A DNA stretch of 64,000 bases, from the NCBI GenBank assembly GCA_965248265.1, contig CBDFJF010000001.1, positions 2,720,001-2,784,000 on the forward strand. Reading direction: 5' to 3'. Position numbers and translations under genes: made by a program. The notes under the pieces are model-generated. The model ran no database searches, was not told the DNA's origin, and was given only the letters and a program-made list of their open reading frames with translations. Below, piece after piece: positions 37,901 to 45,756 of this stretch (position 1 is the first letter of the stretch; every line of letters begins with the position of its first letter). This DNA is from Candidatus Latescibacterota bacterium (GTDB lineage: Bacteria > Latescibacterota > UBA2968 > UBA8231).

Positions 37901-40324
37901 CGACAGGATGCGCGGACTCGTGACATCGGGCTCTGGTATGGTCGTGACCGTGAAGTTACCACTCATCGTCGGCCCGTTCCCATCCGGATCCTTGGAGGAA
38001 ACGCGAAAGTGATAGGTCGTACCTGCCAACAGGCGCGTCAGCGTGACGACGTGCTCGCGCGTGGGATCGGGACTCTCAGCGAAAAGGCCGTATGCTTCGG
38101 TCAGTCCGTATTCCACTACGGAATCGCTGGCCTCATTGGTCTTCCAGACGACGGTTACGTAATCGTGCCCTCGTGTGCGCACACCGGGATCCGAGCTGAT
38201 GCTGGGTGGCTCGGTATCCTCGGCTGCTGCCGTTTCCAACTCAAAGTCTTCCGAGGACGTCGGCCCGTTGCCAGCGAGATCGACCATGCGAATGTTGCAG
38301 TGGTAGCGTGTCCCGGCGGTGAAACCCGTCAACGTCACGACATGTTTGGTTGCGGCCGTCGCTATGTCGATGAAGCGGCCATACTCGGATGTGGGGCCGA
38401 ATTCGATCTGGCCGTTGGCGTCCTCATCCATTTCCCAACCGATCGTAATCTTGTTGTGGAAACGTTTGATGATGTATGGGCGCCGCACGAACTTGCACGG
38501 TCTGGTGTCGTTGTCCTTCTTGGTGACGAATGTGTGATTCTCGCTGGACACGGTATTGCCGCTGGCATCCGTCGATTGAACGCGGTAGTGATAGAGCGTC
38601 GATGACTCCAATCCGATCAACAGCGATCGGTGTTTGCGCACGAGGTCATCGTTCTCGACAACTTGGCCGTAGTCTTCGTTGGTACCGTACTCGACGCGAG
38701 AGTGGCTGCCTTCGTCAGTCCGCCAGCGTATGACAGCCTTGGTTTTTTTGGTCGTCGACTTGGGACCCTTGGTAATCCGCGGGGCCTCTCCGTCTTCCTG
38801 GGGGGTGTGGAACTTGCCCAGCTTAAACGCCGAGCTGTTACCGGAAGCGTCCGTGGACCTGACCCGATAGATGTACGACACACTGGATTGTAAGCCCTCG
38901 ATCCATATCTCGTGCTTGAGAACCAGGTCAGTTACCAGTATCTCTTCGGCCCCGTCGAACAGATCGTCAACATCGTCCTCCCCGTCATCGTCGTATTCTG
39001 CGTACTGCAGAAAGCTGTCGCTGAACTCATCCGTGATCCAGGTGACGTGAGCTTCCTCTGGTGCTACTTCGGCCGTCGGACCAAGCGTGATGTCGGGCGG
39101 GTCGTCGTCCGGAGCTTCCTGCGTGATGAAATAACCACCCTTCCAGCGTGAAGCGTTGCCCGCACTGTCGACGGAGCGCACCCGGAAGAGGTAGAAGGTG
39201 TCCGGTGTCAGTGAACTTAGCTCGACTTTGTGATCTTTGGTCAGTGTCAAATCGACTACGCGCCCGCAGTCGAAGGTGAACACCGGGACGGCGGCATCGA
39301 GGTCGTTAAAGTGGGGCAGGTCACCCTGCAACAGCAGATCGGTAGCGTTCTCGAGTGTTGTAGCTTGCTCTTCAGCCAGCAGCTCAACCGCCTCAGTGAA
39401 ATTGTGCGGCCGGATCTTGGCGGCACAATAGACGACCCGACTATCACTCAGTTCAGTAGTCGTCCACAGAATGTGTGCGCTGTTGTCGGTCACACTGGCG
39501 ACACTCGGGCCTGAATCGATTTCCGGCGGCTGGGTGTCGGGATTGACCTGGATGTAATCCTCTTTGACCTCCGTGGCGCTGCCGGGCCCTCCCGTCACGG
39601 TTAGACTAACCGTGTAGTCACCGGCTGTTTCGTAGACGTGGGTGGGGTGCTGTTCCTCACTCGTGCCGCCGTCGCCGAAGGTCAACGCGTAGGAGCTGAT
39701 CTCTCCAGAGGAGAGGTCCTCGAAACGGACCTCAAGAGGCACCATGCCCTCCAGCGGATGGCCACTGAAATCGGGCGTGATGACATCCTCGACGATGGTG
39801 ATGGTGCCGTCGACGGTGATGGGTACGGGCGTGCCATTGTTGAAGGCGGCGGCCTGAAAACTGATGTTGGTGACGGTGTTGAGCGGTGCGGATGGGGCGA
39901 TGATGCCCTCAATTACGAAGAAAGTACCGTCCTCGGCTATTACACCGGTGGCAGTAGCACCAGCAATAAGAAGCGGGCCTGCCTCGGGGGGGTCGCTTTG
40001 TGCGACAAACGGGTTGTAGGCGACGCTCCAATTGGCACTCAAGGTGCCGGTGCGATCGATGGCAATGTCGCCGGGCGGCAAGATAAGAGCATCGTAACTT
40101 ATCTCGATGTTGCAGGAGAGGAGTTCGTCGGGGGCAACGTCCGTCAGCGTAACCGGAATACGGACCCGGTCGCCGGGACCGGCTTCGACATCCGCCAACG
40201 CCACCTGTAGTGCCTCAGCCGGATGCACCAAGGCAGAAGCGATCGACAGCACCATCAAGGTGCAGACGACCGCTGTCAGCCGGTGCTGCCTATGGGTCGA
40301 GGGGAGTGCCATGCCCATAGCCAC
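34919..40324 (-). CDS. Giant secreted cohesin / PKD / ~12x FN3 / EF-hand dockerin-like / cohesin-like / FlgD-Ig CTD protein
   Basis: GDRVRIPV...YDALIL; PKD FGDG...P.HVY...G.YTVSLTV; repeated WxTxE...H.V.L..L...T.Y.FRV.S.D..GN; GDFLRDGIVNFSDFF/DLDGDGTIALGDFF; NYPNPFNPQT...RKLLLLR. Confidence 0.88.
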   Translation of the reverse strand: MAMGMALPSTHRQHRLTAVVCTLMVLSIASALVHPAEALQVALADVEAGPGDRVRIPVTLTDVAPDELLSCNIEISYDALILPPGDIAIDRTGTLSANWSVAYNPFVAQSDPPEAGPLLIAGATATGVIAEDGTFFVIEGIIAPSAPLNTVTNISFQAAAFNNGTPVPITVDGTITIVEDVITPDFSGHPLEGMVPLEVRFEDLSSGEISSYALTFGDGGTSEEQHPTHVYETAGDYTVSLTVTGGPGSATEVKEDYIQVNPDTQPPEIDSGPSVASVTDNSAHILWTTTELSDSRVVYCAAKIRPHNFTEAVELLAEEQATTLENATDLLLQGDLPHFNDLDAAVPVFTFDCGRVVDLTLTKDHKVELSSLTPDTFYLFRVRSVDSAGNASRWKGGYFITQEAPDDDPPDITLGPTAEVAPEEAHVTWITDEFSDSFLQYAEYDDDGEDDVDDLFDGAEEILVTDLVLKHEIWIEGLQSSVSYIYRVRSTDASGNSSAFKLGKFHTPQEDGEAPRITKGPKSTTKKTKAVIRWRTDEGSHSRVEYGTNEDYGQVVENDDLVRKHRSLLIGLESSTLYHYRVQSTDASGNTVSSENHTFVTKKDNDTRPCKFVRRPYIIKRFHNKITIGWEMDEDANGQIEFGPTSEYGRFIDIATAATKHVVTLTGFTAGTRYHCNIRMVDLAGNGPTSSEDFELETAAAEDTEPPSISSDPGVRTRGHDYVTVVWKTNEASDSVVEYGLTEAYGLFAESPDPTREHVVTLTRLLAGTTYHFRVSSKDPDGNGPTMSGNFTVTTIPEPDVTSPRILSGPDIVDRSSRGVFIEWLTDEPTDASVDFGPDINYGSEVSSENFRRLHRVMLLGEPGIEYHYRVTSSDEAGNEPVTSRDLTFVLDEPEDDEQEPPSIRNLHVRKVTASSALITWWTTRPTDGFIRYGQSDQYSDEVGSADIRRRHTALITGLSSGTTYHFQVQSTDIDGLTAFSGNDTFTTDDEEDELAPEIVFGPEIIASHATATFSWKTNEPCFGAIAVGTEDELGTPSEVLFDEEEADDDHNVTITGLQAGVRYFFALVMKDLSGNQLTFGNRNQGAGKVVRPLLDGGEISFTTDVDEDLQAPTFLSGPAKLSTTDTEAVITWDTDEVSDTRLWLVAADGSRTLADFVPEHSFEHQVLLTDLSPATTYTVVAASADPVGNGPAESQPLSFTTPMEPDDDAPVLTSGPQIIALEDRSATISWSTDEGASSVVDYGDFALDQSLVVTETLSQQTVKLTNLNPASSYQFRVSVTDAFGNGPQQSSVQSFATAISPDELAPQIISGPSVEHVTDNTAVIVWATNEGTDGFVQFGTDALDAVTGRAEVELEHNVELTNLNAATEYRFTVASADAAGNGPAMSSELIFATAGAPDETPPVSPTVISVRQSGQSGRNTVTVDWASDPFDDIAGYNVYRAIAGDFELIAGPVEGLEYADNGLPEGGEFRYYITALDGASPPNESVASDILTLLVHDRPGDFLRDGIVNFSDFFLMADVWGLNSADPGFDSIFDLDGDGTIALGDFFLFADVFGTHYETGRAIVTAPGVGRTDGELPSLRLVHEKMVESDHYQVSVASEGPGMQGHGVTFEYDSDSFEFLRATSGVPEGEAQILVVLADDSGTVAVGSYLIQPSADGEMNTVFNLVFRTWPGAPTGQLRIAEAVAVDAQGVISAFAVGPESQLHLQPQHFELLPNYPNPFNPQTSIRFQLPQPAQVWLRVFDVLGQEVTALAAGEEYSAGLHQLEWNGLDRSGRAVASGVYLYALEADSFRQVRKLLLLR

Positions 40325-40356
40325 GATTCCTTTCGCGCTTTCCGTTTGGATTTTCG

Positions 40357-43300
40357 TTATCGAATAAGGGCCATTTTTCGCGTTTTGATCACTTCACCAG
40401 CCTGGAGGCTGTAGAGATAAACTCCGCCAGCCACTTCATATCCTGAATTGTTACGTCCATCCCAGGTCATGGTGTAGGATCCCGTTTGTTGATAGTCGAA
40501 GACCAGGGTGCGAACTGTCTGTCCAAGCAGATCGTACACGATCAACTCAACGAAGGATTCTTCCGGCAGGTTGTATCGGATCTGCGTTTCAGGGTTGAAC
40601 GGGTTGGGCCAATTTTGCCAAAGGGTGTAGCTACTGGGCAGTACGAAAGCGGCCGGGTTATCAACCACGTCTATTGTCGTTGTGCCTCCGTTGAAGGATA
40701 CCTCCTCGAACTCGAAAGGCTGGCTTCCCGGCCTGGCATTCGGCAGAGGTTCGATCGGAATCGTCAATATGGCGGCTGAACCTTCTGAACTGGACTCAGC
40801 TCCAGCAAAGGCGATCATCAATCTACCATCGACTACATTGCTGGCCACGAGAAAGTCCGATGTTTCATCGGTTGTCGAGACCTTTCCGACTTCGTACTGC
40901 GAAGAATCGAATCCCAGCGTCATACTCCCCGCATACAGGCCATCTACCTCCGAAACCACGATCGGTACGGATATACCCAGGGCGGAGGTTTCGGGTGGAC
41001 CCAGCGCCAGACTACGGGCATCGGGGACCACCTTGTAGGGATGCGGGTTGGGAACGTTGTTAGGCGACTCCTGGACCGGAAACAACAGAGAGGGGTCATT
41101 GATGTCGGGCGGCAACTCGACAACGAACCGTAGAATCTGAGATGCATCGTCTGGAATGGGGTCTGGATAGCCGACCGCGCTCGGATTCACGTCCCCGACG
41201 AGCAACTGGTAGCCGTCGAGGGGCGGGACCAGTAGCCCCACGACGTCAGACAAAATCAACGAGGCGTCCAGTGAACTGACCGTCCCGCTCTTACTCGTGT
41301 CACCCCAAAGAACGCCGAAGCTATTGGCGATCAGCTCAATGGGCTCGCCTTGCGCCGCGATATCGTCGTAGCGCACCTCGATTGGATCCGTGTCGCCGAT
41401 CTGTAGAATTCCATCGTTCGCCGGCAATCCCGGAAGTGTCGGCATCCCTGGATTCGGTACGCCGGGGTTTATTTCGAAGATTCCGCTGTCCACATCTGTT
41501 TCTGTCAGCGTAACGGTTTCGATGTCCAAGTTAGTCATATTCTCGACTTCAACGTCGACCTCGTCGGGGCCGCCGGTCGTGTTGTGATCGGCATCAACGA
41601 GCCGAATGCGAAAACCTTCGCCTGCCTGCACGCCCTGACTGACGGTCAGTACGCCCGTGACCCCGTTCGCGAAAATGATCTCACCACCTGGGGCGGGATT
41701 TACGATGGTGTTCGCTTCACCCTCCGTATTGAGTGCATCGTCATATTCGGCCGTAACTGAATCACCGGCCTTGACACCAAACACGGTGTCGCCCGGGTTG
41801 CCCACAGTGCCCGGATCGAAGGTGGTCACGATCGAGCCCGCGAAGTTACCCAGATTCAGCGGGTCTTCGGTCAGTATCACATCCTCGACGTCATTGGGTG
41901 TCACTGAGGTGTTGACGATGCGGACCGTCACCGAGCCCTGCGTCTCCAGATCGTGATCCTCCAGAGCCACATCGATCGTCACACCCGGATATGCGGGAAC
42001 AGACTGCGGCGTGATGCTCAATACACCCGTGTCACCGCCGCCGATGGTGATCTCACCACCGGGTGCCGGATTCACCAAGGTGTTCGCTTCACCCTCCGTG
42101 TTGAGTGCATCGTCATATTCGGCCGTGACTGAATCACCGGCCTTGACGCCAAACACGGTGTCGCCCGGGTTGCCCACAGTGCCCGGATCGAAGGTGGTCA
42201 CGATCGAGCCCGCGAAGTTACCCAGATTCAGCGGGTCTTCGGTCAGTATCACATCCTCGACGTCATTAGGTGTCACTGAGGTGTTGACGATGCGGACCGT
42301 CACCGAGCCCTGCGTCTCCAGATCGTGATCCTCCAAAGCCACATCGATCGTCACACCCGGATTTGCGGGAACAGACTGCGGCGTGATGCTCAATACACCC
42401 GTGTCACCGCCGCCGATGGTGATCTCACCACCGGGTGCCGGATTCACCAAGGTGTTCGCTTCACCCTCCGTGTTGAGTGCATCGTCATATTCGGCCGTAA
42501 CTGAATCACCGGCCTTGACGCCAAACACGGTGTCGCCCGGGTTGCCCACAGTGCCCGGATCGAAGGTGGTCACGATCGAGCCCGCGAAGTTACCCAGATT
42601 CAGCGGGTCTTCGGTCAGTATCACATCCTCGACGTCATTGGGTGTCACTGAGGTGTTGACGATGCGGACCGTCACCGAGCCCTGCGTCTCCAGATCATGA
42701 TCCTCCAGAGTCACATCGATCGTCACACCTGGATTTGCGGGAACAGACTGCGGTGTGATGCTCAATACACCCGTGTCACCGCCGCCGATGGTGATCTCAC
42801 CACCGGGTGCCGGATTCACCAAGGTGTTCGCTTCACCCTCCGTGTTGAGTGCATCGTCATACTCGGCCGTGACTGAGTCACCGGCCTTGACGCCAAACAC
42901 GGTGTCGCCCGGGTTGCCCACAGTGCCCGGATCGAAGGTGGTCACGATCGAGCCCGCGAAGTTACCCAGATTCAGCGGGTCTTCGGTCAGTATCACATCC
43001 TCGACGTCATTGGGTGTCACTGAGGTGTTGACGATGCGGACCGTCACCGAGCCCTGCGTCTCCAGATCGTGATCCTCCAAAGCCACATCGATCGTCACAC
43101 CCGGATTTGCGGGAACAGACTGCGGCGTAATGCTCAATACACCGGTGCTGCCACCCAGCGAAATCGACCCGTCTGTCGCATTGACGGAGACCAGAGCCTC
43201 ATTCAATTCGGCGACGTCAAAGGTGATCGCCGTCGACACCGGAACGGAGGTGTCTTCGGTCGTGAACTGGATTATCAGCAGGTCAGCCGGAGTCGAAATA

Positions 43301-43692
43301 TCCCCGAGTGCAGTCGAGCTGGCTGCAGAGATACGCAGTTCGTCGACGGTAGTAAGTGGAACGTCGACGACGTTGGCCGCCGTGAACCAAGTCGCGATTT
43401 CCGTTCCCGCCGTGATGATCGGCAGTTGAGGCTGTGCCACCGCGCTGTCGTAGGTGATCACGAGATCAACACTGGTGACATTGTCCAAAGCCAGAACGCC
43501 GTCGATGAGGATCGGCAGATCGGTCGAGTTATCGCCAGGGAGGACGGTCTGGTTCTTCGCGAATACCACGTCGGGCACAGACAGATCAACGGCCTGCGCG
43601 AAGGTCCCGGTCAGCAAGATGCCAGCGATGATCAGCGGCAGTGAAATTCGAAGCCGAGGGACCTGGCTCTGAGTAGATGCCCTCGTATTCAT
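40357..43692 (-). CDS. Secreted cohesin / 4x124-aa tandem Ig-like repeats / Ig / dockerin / cohesin / FlgD-Ig CTD protein
   Basis: Signal peptide; LPILID...ITYDSAV cohesin; four near-identical repeats; GDTSKSGTVSSLDA dockerin; VPIVV...GFDSSQY cohesin; NWPNPFNPET...RKMALIR. Confidence 0.88.
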   Translation of the reverse strand: MNTRASTQSQVPRLRISLPLIIAGILLTGTFAQAVDLSVPDVVFAKNQTVLPGDNSTDLPILIDGVLALDNVTSVDLVITYDSAVAQPQLPIITAGTEIATWFTAANVVDVPLTTVDELRISAASSTALGDISTPADLLIIQFTTEDTSVPVSTAITFDVAELNEALVSVNATDGSISLGGSTGVLSITPQSVPANPGVTIDVALEDHDLETQGSVTVRIVNTSVTPNDVEDVILTEDPLNLGNFAGSIVTTFDPGTVGNPGDTVFGVKAGDSVTAEYDDALNTEGEANTLVNPAPGGEITIGGGDTGVLSITPQSVPANPGVTIDVTLEDHDLETQGSVTVRIVNTSVTPNDVEDVILTEDPLNLGNFAGSIVTTFDPGTVGNPGDTVFGVKAGDSVTAEYDDALNTEGEANTLVNPAPGGEITIGGGDTGVLSITPQSVPANPGVTIDVALEDHDLETQGSVTVRIVNTSVTPNDVEDVILTEDPLNLGNFAGSIVTTFDPGTVGNPGDTVFGVKAGDSVTAEYDDALNTEGEANTLVNPAPGGEITIGGGDTGVLSITPQSVPAYPGVTIDVALEDHDLETQGSVTVRIVNTSVTPNDVEDVILTEDPLNLGNFAGSIVTTFDPGTVGNPGDTVFGVKAGDSVTAEYDDALNTEGEANTIVNPAPGGEIIFANGVTGVLTVSQGVQAGEGFRIRLVDADHNTTGGPDEVDVEVENMTNLDIETVTLTETDVDSGIFEINPGVPNPGMPTLPGLPANDGILQIGDTDPIEVRYDDIAAQGEPIELIANSFGVLWGDTSKSGTVSSLDASLILSDVVGLLVPPLDGYQLLVGDVNPSAVGYPDPIPDDASQILRFVVELPPDINDPSLLFPVQESPNNVPNPHPYKVVPDARSLALGPPETSALGISVPIVVSEVDGLYAGSMTLGFDSSQYEVGKVSTTDETSDFLVASNVVDGRLMIAFAGAESSSEGSAAILTIPIEPLPNARPGSQPFEFEEVSFNGGTTTIDVVDNPAAFVLPSSYTLWQNWPNPFNPETQIRYNLPEESFVELIVYDLLGQTVRTLVFDYQQTGSYTMTWDGRNNSGYEVAGGVYLYSLQAGEVIKTRKMALIR
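41659..43146 (-). repeat. Four intragenic 372-bp tandem repeats (124 aa each)
   Basis: Identical antisense ORFs at 42011/42383/42755 with period 372; only scattered substitutions. Confidence 0.97.
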
Positions 43693-43869
43693 AATACGTC
43701 TCCTAGGGGAAAGGGACGAAAACCATCATTTTTGTCCAAAGGTCGTTTTCGACTCCTACGCTAATGAATTAACGATACTTGTTGTGCCGCAGCAAGTTGT
43801 GAATCAGTGGCCGGTACCCGCCAAGAGCATGTTCCACCGAAGTCGCCACGTTAATCTATATTATATAGA

Positions 43870-43885
43870 CGCAATAATCGTACCC
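43870..43885 (-). promoter_or_regulatory. Putative sigma54 promoter for the cohesin-dockerin operon
   Basis: Minus strand GGGTACGATTATTGCG (GG-N10-GC, ACG and TTGC conserved) in an AT-rich intergenic region just downstream of a sigma54 activator gene. Confidence 0.65.
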
Positions 43886-44012
43886 ATAACTGGTTCGTTT
43901 TGTCCGTTTTCGGCAAATGGACCTATCTCAGTGTACCACAATTACTTAAGAACATTGACAGATTGCACTCGGTGGCTTCAGTCCGTCAAATGCGGCTGAC
44001 GAGAGGGCTATT

Positions 44013-44031
44013 TACCCCATATTTTGGGGCA
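44013..44031. promoter_or_regulatory. Candidate upstream activator sequence (inverted repeat)
   Basis: TACCCCA-TATTT-TGGGGCA about 130-145 bp upstream of the -24 element. Confidence 0.35.
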
Positions 44032-44140
44032 TATACCCACCGGCTCACACTCCTTGTTGGTTGATCTGTGTCTGTCGCTGGATCGAACCTGGTTTGTGGT
44101 TCGAGGCGAAAAAGACGAGAAGTGCTCGGGATCCCTCGGC

Positions 44141-45166
44141 TCAGGCAGCCGGGACGCCCTCGGAGGCCAACCCGTGTTTGCTGATCCGATAGCGAAGAGT
44201 GTCGCGGCTGACCTGTAGAAGCTCAGCCGCTCGCGTGACGTTTCTGCCCGATTTCTCCAGAGCCGCGCGAATCAGTTCCCGCTCCACGGCTTCCAGAGCC
44301 AGGCCCTGAGGGGGGAATTCGACTGCAATGGCCCCTTGATCGTCCAGGCGAATTGCACTGCTCGCGGATGGTGAGGTCGTGACCGCTCCTGCGTAGTTGC
44401 GCCTGTCTATGATCAAGTCGTCTGCCCTGATCACTGTGCGGTCGGTCATCAGCACCGCTCGCTCGATGACGTGGCGCAGTTCGCGAACATTGCCTGGCCA
44501 GGAGTAGGCACTCAAGAGAAGCTGGGCGCTTTCACCCAATCGGCGAGCTCCAGTGCCGTGTATCCTGGTGTATTCAGCCAGGACGTGGTCGGCTATCAGG
44601 CGAACATCTTCTCCTCGCGTCCGTAGTGGAGGAGCCTCGATCGGCACCACGTTCAAGCGATGATAGAGATCATCCCGGAAACGCCCGTCTTGCACCGCCG
44701 ATTCCAGATCTTCGTTTGTCGCTGCCAGAAACCGCACGTCCACCTGAATCTCAACAGTGCCGCCGACCCGACGAAATCGCTGGGTCTCGAGAACGTTGAG
44801 TATTTTTGCCTGCAATTCGAGTGGCATGAGGCCGATTTCATCCAGTAACACGGTGCCGCCACCGGCAATCTCCAACAGACCCTTCTTGGAGGTGCTGGCA
44901 TCGGTAAAGGCTCCGCGCTCATGCCCGAACAGCTCGGATTCCATCAGGTTGGCTGGGATGTTGGTGCAGTCGACGGTTACGAAGGCGTTGTCACTCCGGT
45001 TGCTGAGCTGGTGTATCGCACGGGCGATAAGCTCTTTGCCGGTGCCGCTTTCACCCCGAATGAGTAGGGTTGCTCTGGTGTGTGCCACGCGCTCGACCAG
45101 CCGAGACAGATCGTGCATGACCGCGCTCTGGCCGACAACACCCTCTGTTTCAAGTGCCGATGACAT
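44141..45166 (-). CDS. Sigma54-dependent enhancer-binding protein (AAA+ and Fis HTH) without N-terminal sensor domain
   Basis: GESGTGKE, ESELFGHERGAFTDA, LLDEIG, FRDDLYHRLNV, WPGNVREL, NVTRAAELL.VSRDTLRYRI. Confidence 0.95.
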   Translation of the reverse strand: MSSALETEGVVGQSAVMHDLSRLVERVAHTRATLLIRGESGTGKELIARAIHQLSNRSDNAFVTVDCTNIPANLMESELFGHERGAFTDASTSKKGLLEIAGGGTVLLDEIGLMPLELQAKILNVLETQRFRRVGGTVEIQVDVRFLAATNEDLESAVQDGRFRDDLYHRLNVVPIEAPPLRTRGEDVRLIADHVLAEYTRIHGTGARRLGESAQLLLSAYSWPGNVRELRHVIERAVLMTDRTVIRADDLIIDRRNYAGAVTTSPSASSAIRLDDQGAIAVEFPPQGLALEAVERELIRAALEKSGRNVTRAAELLQVSRDTLRYRISKHGLASEGVPAA

Positions 45167-45405
45167 GCTGTACGCTGAGCCCTCCTTGTGTCCGCATTGG
45201 GTGAATTCCCCCATCCGCACCGTGGAAAAAGCGCATGAGAGAAGTGCCAGTAATATAACTACTTATGACAGACCTCCCAGCGTTCCGTATGCACACCGAG
45301 GGCGCTATTGGGGGATGGGGTGAGCTGGGCGTGGTGAATGGACGAGATTTTGCGGATGGCTCAGTGCAGGCGCAGGGTGGCGTGCGTAGATTCACAATTG
45401 GCCGG

Positions 45406-45663
45406 TCAGTCCAACATGCCTCGTTCTCGCATCCATTCCTCAACCTCATCACCACCGACGTCGGCCAGCATTTGACCTGCCACTTCGACGCACGGTGATG
45501 AGTACTGGCCGCTTTTGGCAACCATTTCTTCGTAGTCGGTGTGGTTCTTCGTTATGTCTCGGTACTCAAACGAGAGCTTGCGACTTTCGAGGAAGTGGAC
45601 GACACCCCGCGTCCAGGGACAGTAGGGGTCCAGATAGGCGATTATCTTGATAGGATCTGTCAT
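45406..45663 (-). CDS. Glutaredoxin/NrdH-like small thioredoxin-fold protein (single Cys, CPWT)
   Basis: IAYLDPYCPWT, FEYRDI, KSGQYSSPCVEV. Confidence 0.8.
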   Translation of the reverse strand: MTDPIKIIAYLDPYCPWTRGVVHFLESRKLSFEYRDITKNHTDYEEMVAKSGQYSSPCVEVAGQMLADVGGDEVEEWMRERGMLD

Positions 45664-45756
45664 AGCAGCGGCTCGTGTTGTCGATCTGTCGTGGTCGTTA
45701 GATGGTGGTTCGTGCATGTTGGATTCGGCTGCACATCGACTGGTTGCCAGCTCCTG

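Noticed and set aside
41659-43146. Diversity-generating retroelement TR/VR pair
   Set aside because: No reverse transcriptase; differences are few, mostly synonymous and not adenine-specific
29576-43692. Classical cellulosome, or flagellar FlgD genes
   Set aside because: No CAZyme catalytic domains recognised; the FlgD-Ig similarity is confined to the C-terminal sorting-type domain
45233-45249. Sigma54 autoregulatory promoter of the activator (TGGCACTTCTCTCATGC)
   Set aside because: GG-to-GC spacing is 12 nt rather than the required 10
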